DNA of 64,000 nucleotides from a virus (Duplodnaviria; Heunggongvirae; Uroviricota; Caudoviricetes): IMG/VR virus record IMGVR_UViG_2529292852_000001, positions 96,714 to 160,713 of that record; one strand, 5' to 3'. Shown piece by piece: positions 55,975 to 64,000 of this stretch (position 1 is its first letter; each line of letters starts with the position of its first letter). The notes under the pieces were generated by a model. It saw only the letters and a program-made list of their open reading frames with translations, ran no database searches and was not told where the DNA came from. The position numbers and the translations under genes were made by a program.

Positions 55975-57276
55975 TTACATCATTTGTTCTTCTAAATATC
56001 TATCAAAAATTCTTTCAACCATTTGATCCCCTAGCTTAGCAAAGTTGTATAACTCACTTTCGTATTTAGCTACGACATTTCTAAGTACAGCGTTAATATC
56101 ATCATTGCTATAACCGTAATCTCTGGCTGTATCAACAAATCTGTTTAAATAATACTCACGAGCTTTATTAGCGTCATACAAGGATAAAATCAAGTTGATT
56201 AAGTCTATTTCATTTAGATAATCATCAAAACTTGCGTCAGGGTTATCCTTTAAGTAGTCCTTAAAATCGGCATACATTTCAGACATCTTGCTATCAACGA
56301 AGTTTTCCATACTAGCACGATTGCGTAGCACATTGTATGCTTGCGGATAGCCCTTACTTAACTCAATAACTTTGTTCAACTTACTCTTAAGGTAACTTTG
56401 AACGTGAACGTAAAAGCCGCCTTCTTTGATGTCTTCTAACACGTTTTCGGTTAGTTCTTTTTGATCTTTAACAAGATCTCCAAAAAACGTTTCTAAAACA
56501 GTTTCGGCATCGTATTCAACATACACATTTAAAATGTTTGCGTTATTGTTAGCCTTGCTTATCACTTGGTTAACATCATCGCTAGGATATCCCATGTAAG
56601 ACAAGTCTTGTTTTAAGCGTTCAAGAAGCTTGTTTTTTTCTTCTTCTTGCTTGCCTTCAAAAGCTCTTCTAAAGAGTGGATAAATAGTTCTGTTGATGTT
56701 TTCCATAAAGTAATCTTCAACGTGATAATCAGGCTTAGTCTTAGCTGTATCTAAGTAGTCTTGGTAAAAACCATCAAAATTATCATCAATCCAGCGTTGA
56801 GCAAAACTTTGTGCAACAGTAGATGTCAAAAGTGAATTTTGATCTTTACTTACAGTTTCAACGAAGCTGCCAATATACTCACTACCAGCCTTTTTAAAAA
56901 CATCTTTAGCTACTTTTTGATTTTCGATCATATCACGGTTAGAAAAATCAGGTACAGGTACGCTGTTAATCTGATTCCAAAATTGATAGCTTACAGTAAA
57001 GTTGTTAAAAAAACTTTTCTCTATATCTTGGCTTGCAAAGTTTGTATCATCGTATTGATTAACGTAGATGTCGCAAAACTCATTAACTGCAGGCTTTAAA
57101 GCTTGAATACACTCTTTTTTGAACTTATTAGCTTTAACGTAATTATCATAGTAGCTAATATCGTTGCAACCAAGCTCTTTTAGATAATTATCAATGCTTT
57201 GTAGGACTACATCATTTTCTGCATAATTTACTGTTGCGTCCTTGAGTGCATTAATCATTTTTTGATCCTTGATCAT
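55975..57276 (-). CDS. Acidic hypothetical protein with an internal repeat
   Basis: Two Y.D(F/Y)..(P)D....DY..E units, also seen at the C-terminus of the 1452-aa protein. Confidence 0.85.
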   Translation of the reverse strand: MIKDQKMINALKDATVNYAENDVVLQSIDNYLKELGCNDISYYDNYVKANKFKKECIQALKPAVNEFCDIYVNQYDDTNFASQDIEKSFFNNFTVSYQFWNQINSVPVPDFSNRDMIENQKVAKDVFKKAGSEYIGSFVETVSKDQNSLLTSTVAQSFAQRWIDDNFDGFYQDYLDTAKTKPDYHVEDYFMENINRTIYPLFRRAFEGKQEEEKNKLLERLKQDLSYMGYPSDDVNQVISKANNNANILNVYVEYDAETVLETFFGDLVKDQKELTENVLEDIKEGGFYVHVQSYLKSKLNKVIELSKGYPQAYNVLRNRASMENFVDSKMSEMYADFKDYLKDNPDASFDDYLNEIDLINLILSLYDANKAREYYLNRFVDTARDYGYSNDDINAVLRNVVAKYESELYNFAKLGDQMVERIFDRYLEEQMM

Positions 57277-57296
57277 TGCATACAGTCCTTTCTACA

Positions 57297-60200
57297 CTAT
57301 TGAATTACCGTAATTTGAGGCTCGAATGGGTGCTTTTCAAAGACTTGTTCAACGACTGAATCGCTTGAGTTCTTTCTTTCAGCTGAAGCAAACGACCATA
57401 ATTCTAAATCTGTCATTTCTTTAGCTACACGTACACATTCAAGTTTGGAATGACCTAAGTCAGCTGCTTTATCCATGAATTTTTGAATCCATGTATCTTT
57501 AGCAGCACCAGCATCAAAATTACCAACAACTACTTTGTTGAAATCAACTTCTTTTAGATATTCTTCAAAAGTTAAGGCAGAATCTTCACCTTTAGCGTCA
57601 ACAAAATCTTCGTACAAGCTATCAGCATTAGCATCAATCCATTGATCCATCTTAGCTTTGTTCAACATTACGTTAAATGAATAATCAAAGCCCATACTGT
57701 TTTCATCAATAACACCATTAGCAAATGTTTCAAAGCTTGCATGAGCTGTTTTAAGCAAAGCACCTTTATTGCTTACTTCTTCATCTGTTACCCATTGTGG
57801 CATTGGCACTGAGTTAAAGGCATTTTCAAACGCTGAACTGTTAATAAAGTCGTTTAAGAATGTATCTTCAACATCATCAACAAAAACATTGTCATAAGTT
57901 TTAGCAAATTCTTTTTGAGCATTGTTTACAACTGGTAACAAGTGTCCGCAATAGTCCATGAACTTGCGATATTCCTTAATTATATCTGGATTATATCCTT
58001 TTTCTTCTGCCTTACGGCGAACGTAGTTTTCAATTCTAAGATCAAAGCTATTACCATCTGGGAAGAAGTTAGCTAAATGAGATCTTATTTCTTCTTTTCT
58101 TTCTGCTAGTTTATCTTCAAAGTCATCTTTCTTTAAGGCGAAGAACAATTCACGTTTGTCTTTAGCATCAGCAAATGCTTTATAATTATCAGCTACAAAG
58201 TTTGTTACCTCATTTTGATAATAGTAAGTTGTTAGTCCTTTTTCAGTGTATTCAATACTGCTTTGTCCTTGCATGATTTCATCTACAATTGACTCTAAAT
58301 CGTTTAAGTCAGCATCATTATCTTGAAGTATTAATAAGTTTGTTAGCAAATCAAATTGCTTGCCTTGATATAAAGCTTTTTTGAACTCAATAAAGTGTTT
58401 ATTGATTATTTCAAGTACAGTAGCTCTATCAACTTCTTTTGACTTGTTGTCATCTGAAACGTACATAAACGTATGATCTAACTCTGAAATTCTATCAGCA
58501 ATATCTTCTGCTGTGTAATCTTCCGTTTCAAGTTGGAATCTTTCGTCATGGAAGTTTATATCTTCAAGTAAATCAAGTACTCTTTGTTTTTCAATAGCAC
58601 TACCTGTTCGATACAAGTTAGACACTCTAGCTAAATCCTTATCATTCAAACCATAAGTAATCTTTTGTGAGATTTCAGGAATTGTCATTTCTGGGTTCTT
58701 TAAGTATTCAACTACATCACTTTCATTTACTTCATTGTCTTCAAAGTAAGGCACCATATTTATAGATTGTTTCATAAACATATCAAAGTGAGAGTCAGTC
58801 ATAAGCAATCTTGCAAACTCATTAGCATCACTGCTTAATTCTCTTTCAACGTATTCATCTTCAAAAAGATCCTTAGCATTTGATAAATTTGGTTCAACGC
58901 TAACTAAAAACTTCTTAAACATTTCAACATGTTCTTGATTGTTAGAATCATAACCACGTTCCTTAGCTGTTTCTAACAGTTTATCGTAAACATCGCTATA
59001 ATCAGTTACTCTACTTGGCAATGAGTTGTTTAAAACATCTTTTACTATGCGAACTCTAGCCATACGTCTTTCTTCGTGTTCGTCAGCAACTAATTCAAAG
59101 AATGTTGTTCTCTTATCTCTTGAATTAGTAAATGCTTCTTTGTTTGCTTCAATTACTCTTTTGACATCGTCTAAACCATAAGTATCAGTGAAGTTGTCGA
59201 CTTTTGGATAAGTAAGAGTAGTTTGTCCTTCCATTACTCGATCGGCTAATAGTTCAATATCAATTGACTCGTCTTCTACATAATCGTAATCATCTTTTTG
59301 ATCCTTCCATAGATCATGCAAAATTTCTACCAAGTCATCATATGAAAGAGTCATAAATCTATTGCGTTTGATATTATCAAGAACAAATTGTTTATTGTTC
59401 TTAAAGCGTGCTGCAAGACTAGCAATTATGGACTCTATTTCACCGTTCCATTCAGCAGAATCAATTGTTGCTTTCTTTACTTGTTCAATTAACTCTGATT
59501 GATGGCTTTGGTAAATCATTAATGCAGCAATAGCTGGTGTTTCTGGAATACTTTGTCCTTGATTGCTATTAGCGTTGTCGTAAATTTCCTTAGCTTTTTC
59601 TTCAATAAAATCAGAAATAATTGCTTCACCTTTTTGCAAGAATCTAGCGAAGAAATCATCATTCAAAAGGTCAAAATCAAAGCCATAACTTTGTTGAGTA
59701 ACCTTATTAAAGATATTAAATGAATACTTATCTTTTTCTAGTTCTTGCTTTAAGTCATACCAACGTTCTTGCAATAAATCTTTTCGATCTTGTTTGTCTA
59801 ATTGTTCTTTCCAATCTGGAGTTCTTTCAGCAATAAATTTATCCAAATCCTTTTGGTAAACCTTAGCCTTTTGCCAGTCAGCTAATTTAGAAACTTCTTC
59901 TTGCCAGTAACGAACGTTAACTTTATTGTATGGTTCGGTTTGACGAACTTCTTGTAATAACTCTGTCTTTACTTCTTCTAACAATAAAGCAAATGGGAAA
60001 TGTTCTTCGTAGTATTGACTGATAACTGCACGGTGGGAATCAAGGTAACTTCTAACCACATCATCAACGTTGTTTTCATTAATATCTGTAGCTTGTGCCA
60101 TAATTGCTCCAGTTAATAAGTCTGTTTCATCAGTAATAAATTTAGTCTTTAGATCCATAGTTTTAGCATAAGCACTTTCACTGTCGATTAAGTTTTCTGC

Positions 60201-61655
60201 TAAAAATTCCTTCCAAACGTCATCTGAAAGCTTGTCTAAACGAGAAACAACTGCCCCACTTACAAGTGAGAATAATTCATTGTTATCTTTGTTATCAGCT
60301 TTCTTATCACTTTCAACTCTAAGCAAGTTCTTAGATAATTCATCAATGATTGCTTTATCGTGAGTTGAGTTATTGTAGCGATATAAGCTCAATAAGTTTT
60401 CTGCGCCTGTTTGGCTTGCAATTCCATCACGGTATTTATCAACTACGTTATGAGCGATGTCTTCAGCGTCTTTTAAGAGTTCGCTTGGGTTAACTCCACG
60501 AAAATCATCACTAACATTTTCAACAGCTCTTTGTGCGTAAACATCAAAAGCAACGTTGTTATCTTCAAAACGTACAAGCAATAGTTTCTTGATTATATCA
60601 GCAAATTCAGCGTTATATCGTGTTAGGATTTCGTTTGATGTAATTTCTTTATTAGTATACAAGCGTAAGTCATCATCGTCTAAGAAAGTCTTGCTTCCAC
60701 TGCTTAATGAAATACCTAATTCACCAAATAATTTCTTGATTGTTGTGGCTCTTGAATAATCGCTTAATTCATCAATACCTATATCTTCTGCACTAACTTT
60801 AGCTAACTTGTCATTAATCATAGCGATAATTGATGCAAAGTTAGCTGCTGTTTCAGAAGTTATTTGATATACTCTTGCTTCTTTGCTTTGGATTTCATCA
60901 AAGTTGTATACAAAGGTTAAATCATCACTGCCATTTACGTTCTTGAAGAAATCCATTACGTATTTCTTTATAGCTGAAAATACTTTTTTATCAGCAGCTT
61001 TGCCTGCGTATGATGCACTACCTTGAGCTTCAATACCTTTGATTGTATAAACAACTTTTACTGATGAATCTTTAGTGCGAACTGAAACATTTTTAACTGC
61101 TACAGTTGCTACAAACTCAATACCACCTAAAGTTGTAGTAAAGGTCTTTTTACCTTGATTTTTAATAGCACGAGCAACCATATCTTTGAAGATTGTTTCT
61201 TCATCATCGTTTTCAAGCATTTCTTTAAGTTGTTTTTCATCGCCTACACCTAAATATAAGCGTACTACTTCTTGTCGTGCTTTGTTTGTTAAACCCTCAA
61301 AATTAACGTTTCTAGCGTACTTGTTTAAAGTAATTTGAGCTTCTTTAGGATAATATTTTTCCATGTAATTACTTAAAGCATTCCAGTTGCTAATGCTACT
61401 TACATGAGACTTAACGAAAGCTAAATCATCAGCTCTAGTTAATTCTGTTGGGTCAACGTAAATGTTATAGCTATCGCCAAAGATTTCAATCATTGAAACT
61501 TTGTTATTGCTAGAATAATCGTTTGTACGTCCTCTAGCACCAAAGATACTTGCAAATGTTTGACTATCAGTTACACCTTCTGTTTCACGTAGTTCGCCTG
61601 TGCGATGTCCTTTACCTGTCCCAGCGTGGCTAATCTTACCTACGTATAAAGTCAT
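57297..61655 (-). CDS. Giant acidic hypothetical protein (1452 aa) with an internal duplication
   Basis: Uninterrupted ORF; repeated (V/I)M.GQ....Y..N..AF....DKR..FF.L..D..E..AxExGY segments. Confidence 0.88.
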   Translation of the reverse strand: MTLYVGKISHAGTGKGHRTGELRETEGVTDSQTFASIFGARGRTNDYSSNNKVSMIEIFGDSYNIYVDPTELTRADDLAFVKSHVSSISNWNALSNYMEKYYPKEAQITLNKYARNVNFEGLTNKARQEVVRLYLGVGDEKQLKEMLENDDEETIFKDMVARAIKNQGKKTFTTTLGGIEFVATVAVKNVSVRTKDSSVKVVYTIKGIEAQGSASYAGKAADKKVFSAIKKYVMDFFKNVNGSDDLTFVYNFDEIQSKEARVYQITSETAANFASIIAMINDKLAKVSAEDIGIDELSDYSRATTIKKLFGELGISLSSGSKTFLDDDDLRLYTNKEITSNEILTRYNAEFADIIKKLLLVRFEDNNVAFDVYAQRAVENVSDDFRGVNPSELLKDAEDIAHNVVDKYRDGIASQTGAENLLSLYRYNNSTHDKAIIDELSKNLLRVESDKKADNKDNNELFSLVSGAVVSRLDKLSDDVWKEFLAENLIDSESAYAKTMDLKTKFITDETDLLTGAIMAQATDINENNVDDVVRSYLDSHRAVISQYYEEHFPFALLLEEVKTELLQEVRQTEPYNKVNVRYWQEEVSKLADWQKAKVYQKDLDKFIAERTPDWKEQLDKQDRKDLLQERWYDLKQELEKDKYSFNIFNKVTQQSYGFDFDLLNDDFFARFLQKGEAIISDFIEEKAKEIYDNANSNQGQSIPETPAIAALMIYQSHQSELIEQVKKATIDSAEWNGEIESIIASLAARFKNNKQFVLDNIKRNRFMTLSYDDLVEILHDLWKDQKDDYDYVEDESIDIELLADRVMEGQTTLTYPKVDNFTDTYGLDDVKRVIEANKEAFTNSRDKRTTFFELVADEHEERRMARVRIVKDVLNNSLPSRVTDYSDVYDKLLETAKERGYDSNNQEHVEMFKKFLVSVEPNLSNAKDLFEDEYVERELSSDANEFARLLMTDSHFDMFMKQSINMVPYFEDNEVNESDVVEYLKNPEMTIPEISQKITYGLNDKDLARVSNLYRTGSAIEKQRVLDLLEDINFHDERFQLETEDYTAEDIADRISELDHTFMYVSDDNKSKEVDRATVLEIINKHFIEFKKALYQGKQFDLLTNLLILQDNDADLNDLESIVDEIMQGQSSIEYTEKGLTTYYYQNEVTNFVADNYKAFADAKDKRELFFALKKDDFEDKLAERKEEIRSHLANFFPDGNSFDLRIENYVRRKAEEKGYNPDIIKEYRKFMDYCGHLLPVVNNAQKEFAKTYDNVFVDDVEDTFLNDFINSSAFENAFNSVPMPQWVTDEEVSNKGALLKTAHASFETFANGVIDENSMGFDYSFNVMLNKAKMDQWIDANADSLYEDFVDAKGEDSALTFEEYLKEVDFNKVVVGNFDAGAAKDTWIQKFMDKAADLGHSKLECVRVAKEMTDLELWSFASAERKNSSDSVVEQVFEKHPFEPQITVIQ

Positions 61656-61698
61656 GATAAATCACTTCTTTCCGAAATATTTACCTGTTTTTGTACAC

Positions 61699-61834
61699 AA
61701 AAAAAGTACCGCAAATAAATACAAAAATGTAAATATTTACGGTACTTATTGCTTTATTTAAGCATTGTACGAGGAGTATTCACTGGCATAACCAGTCACC
61801 CACGACCCCTCAACAGGTTAATATAATTATACCA
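61699..61834 (-). promoter_or_regulatory. Promoter plus structured leader with a terminator-like hairpin upstream of the 1452-aa gene
   Basis: TGgTATAAT at 61826-61834; GAGGGGT/ACTCCTC stem; AAGTACCG/CGGTACTT plus T-tract ending about 44 nt before the ATG. Confidence 0.55.
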
Positions 61835-61949
61835 TGAAATTCTTTGCAATACAATGTGAGGGCTTTTCTTTGTAATAGAAAAATCCCCACTGCAAGAAGC
61901 AATGAGGAATAGTTTTGAAAAACGATTAATCATATGCTATACTAAGCTC

Positions 61950-62127
61950 GTATAGGATAGTTAGCTAGAATGTTAGCTACAATTAAGATTAATCTAAGCG
62001 TCCATTCTAAACGTACTGCAATACGTTTGTAGCAACGCTTTGAGCAAAAATCTGCTAATTTACTAGAATGATACATTAGTTATTATAGTTTAAAAAAGCC
62101 TTTAAATCAACGATTTGAGGGCTTTTT
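61950..62127 (+). ncRNA. Candidate sRNA (GGATAG-TAGCT..TTAGCTAC family, copy 2)
   Basis: TGcTATACT at 61935-61943, several hairpins, ending at a bidirectional terminator shared with the adhesin gene. Confidence 0.45.
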
Positions 62128-62177
62128 GTTATGCAAAAAAAAGATAGGTATTTCTACCTATCTTCAACAGTAATTAA

Positions 62178-64000
62178 CTATTTTTCTTTACGTTTGCCTA
62201 AAGCACCTAGTCCTAACAAGGATCCTAGTCCAACTAAAATTGCACCAATAGTTGTACCCTTGCTTTGCTTTTCGCCAGTTTGTGGTAACTCAGTAGTTAC
62301 GAACTTAGGTTGTGCTTTAGCTTGTGGCTTAGCACTAGCCTTAGCTTCAACTTTAGGAGCTATTTGAACTTTAGCTTCATGTTTAGCTTCGACTGTAGGC
62401 TTAGCTTCAACCTTAACATCAGATTTAACCTTCTTGTAAGTTATCTTTACAACTTGGTCTGAACTGTTACCATCTACAGTTTCTTTTTCAACCTTAGCTT
62501 GACTTGGCTTGTAGCCGTCTACTTCTGGTGCGACTACTTCGTCAAACTCAGCTTTAGACCATTCGCCATAAACAACATCACCAGTAACTAAGTCTGTAGT
62601 CTTGCTGCGTTTTAGCGTTTGTTCTTGCTTGATTGTCTTAGTTTGACCGTCTGGCAAGGTAATTTTAACAATACGACTAACTGTCTTAGTTTCTGTGCCT
62701 TTGTCTAGCTTATGTTTCAAGTGAACTGTAACGTCAGCATTGTCTTTAGCCTTGAATGTGTAGTCAGCAGGAACATCGCCTTTAACTTCATAGCCATCTG
62801 GAATTTCAATGCCTGTTTTAACTACTTCGTCAGTCTTACCAGCTAATATATAAGATTTAACTGTAGCTCCACCCTTGTCATCGTCAACATAAGTAATGTT
62901 GATTGATTGTCCATTAGGTGCGTAAGTAATTTCAACTACGCTATCCTTAGTTTCACTATTAGCCACTTCCATGTTTACCCTATCTTGACTTGGTATATAA
63001 CCGTCAACTACTGGTACGTCATAACGATCTAATTCACCAAGCGACCACTTGCTATAAGTAACTTGACCTGTAACTTCATCAACAACAGCAACTCTGTTTA
63101 AATCAACTGTTTGTCTAGTTGTAGTTGTCTTGCCATCTGGTGTTGTTACTTTGATTGTTCTTACAACAGTCTTGTTTAGGTCATCTTTGGCCACACCTTT
63201 AGGATAAGACTTAGTTGGGTTATTTGGTAACTTGTCGTCAGTTGTCTTAGGCAAGTCTGGAATTACAGTAACTGTACTATGCTTCAAGTGAACTGTAATA
63301 TCAGCATTATCTTTAGCCTTGAATGAATATTCGCTTGGAACTTGTCCGTCAACTTCATATCCATCTGGAATTTCAATGCCAGTCTTAACAGTTTCATCAG
63401 TCTTGCCTGTTAATGTATCAGTCTTAACAGTAGAACCACTGTTATATCCGTCTACATAAACAACTTTGATTGACTGTTTGTTAGCAGTGTAGCTAATGTT
63501 TACTTCACTGTCTTGGCTATCGCTAGTTACTTTAGTTTCTTCAACCTTAGCTTGACTAGCAGTATAACCATCAACGCTAGGTACATCATAGCTATCAAAC
63601 GAACCTGTAGTCCAATCATCGTAAGTAACTTGACCTGTAGTTTCATCAACTCTTGCAGTACGTATTAGATGTACTGTTTGTGTTGTAGTTGATGTCTTGT
63701 CATCTGGAGTTGTTACCTTGATTGTTCTAGTAATGGTCTTGTTTAAGTCATCTTGACCTACACCTTTAGGATAAGTCTTGCTTGAATCTGGTAACTTATC
63801 AGCTGTTGTCTTAGGCTTGTCTGGAGTTACTTTAACTATTCCATGTTTTAGATGAACGATAATATCAAAGTTATCTCCAGCTGTAAATGTATAGTTATCT
63901 GGAACGCTTCCTTCAAGTACATATCCATCTGGAACTTTAACGTCTGTCTTAACCGTTTGATCGGTCTTTCCGTTTAAGGTATCAGTCTTAACAATAGAAC
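62178..64000 (-). CDS. LPXTG-anchored mucus-binding (Mub/MucBP-repeat) surface protein, 5'-truncated by the window edge
   Basis: Tandem repeats (YPKGV..DDLNKT..RTI.V..P..WxxG..D..P.VDGY), then LPQTG, TM segment and KRKEK tail; the frame is open to the window end. Confidence 0.92.
   Translation of the reverse strand, partial: SIVKTDTLNGKTDQTVKTDVKVPDGYVLEGSVPDNYTFTAGDNFDIIVHLKHGIVKVTPDKPKTTADKLPDSSKTYPKGVGQDDLNKTITRTIKVTTPDDKTSTTTQTVHLIRTARVDETTGQVTYDDWTTGSFDSYDVPSVDGYTASQAKVEETKVTSDSQDSEVNISYTANKQSIKVVYVDGYNSGSTVKTDTLTGKTDETVKTGIEIPDGYEVDGQVPSEYSFKAKDNADITVHLKHSTVTVIPDLPKTTDDKLPNNPTKSYPKGVAKDDLNKTVVRTIKVTTPDGKTTTTRQTVDLNRVAVVDEVTGQVTYSKWSLGELDRYDVPVVDGYIPSQDRVNMEVANSETKDSVVEITYAPNGQSINITYVDDDKGGATVKSYILAGKTDEVVKTGIEIPDGYEVKGDVPADYTFKAKDNADVTVHLKHKLDKGTETKTVSRIVKITLPDGQTKTIKQEQTLKRSKTTDLVTGDVVYGEWSKAEFDEVVAPEVDGYKPSQAKVEKETVDGNSSDQVVKITYKKVKSDVKVEAKPTVEAKHEAKVQIAPKVEAKASAKPQAKAQPKFVTTELPQTGEKQSKGTTIGAILVGLGSLLGLGALGKRKEK

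Noticed and set aside
61770-61812. ZTP (pfl) riboswitch similarity (GGGTCGTG..GACTGG)
   Set aside because: The conserved 3' CGCCTGGGC pseudoknot partner is absent and the downstream gene is not purine/folate related.
3573-62367. Plus-strand ORFs antisense to long genes (for example 3573, 20326, 21343, 22386, 38478, 44384, 50979, 55528, 62131) and minus-strand 53318..53638 over hup
   Set aside because: Shadow ORFs of well-supported genes on the opposite strand.

Overview
Low-GC Lactobacillales-type DNA, most likely part of a large plasmid or megaplasmid with a phage-like accessory gene pool. Support: a Rep_3 initiator with eleven 22-bp iterons, its own HU, an LPQTG mucus-binding adhesin, and no host core genes. 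Almost all genes are on the minus strand. Three zones stand out. (1) About 2.4-33.3 kb is an array of self-contained expression cassettes. Seventeen near-identical sigma70-type promoters (TTGCAT-N17-TATAAT) each carry a TAACGTTA palindrome, usually repeated 69-77 bp downstream next to the RBS. Each is followed by 1-3 small acidic ORFs and a GCGATG/CATCGC terminator. The cargo includes ArdC, ArdA-like and Aca-like proteins, so this looks like an anti-defence/establishment regulon. Interleaved are long hairpin linkers and several plus-strand sRNA genes with anti-RBS sequences, and embedded in the array are a two-Mod type III R-M locus, an AcrIIA17-like gene and the replicon. (2) About 33.9-53.2 kb is a phage-like gene run (NrdH, MazG, MTase, KwaA-like, Pnkp-type RNA repair enzyme, PD-(D/E)XK nuclease). 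It is punctuated by five covarying 52-67 nt mini-tRNA-like elements that bracket structured non-coding segments. (3) About 53.7-64 kb holds four related acidic proteins of unknown function behind a terminator-containing leader, then the adhesin. Five TnpB loci and one IscB/omegaRNA locus are inserted throughout. Three of them have exact ends whose removal restores an in-frame ORF. The most novel-looking systems are the mini-tRNA punctuation, the dual-operator cassette regulon and its antisense sRNAs. All family assignments are by motif recognition or recalled sequence; no searches were run.
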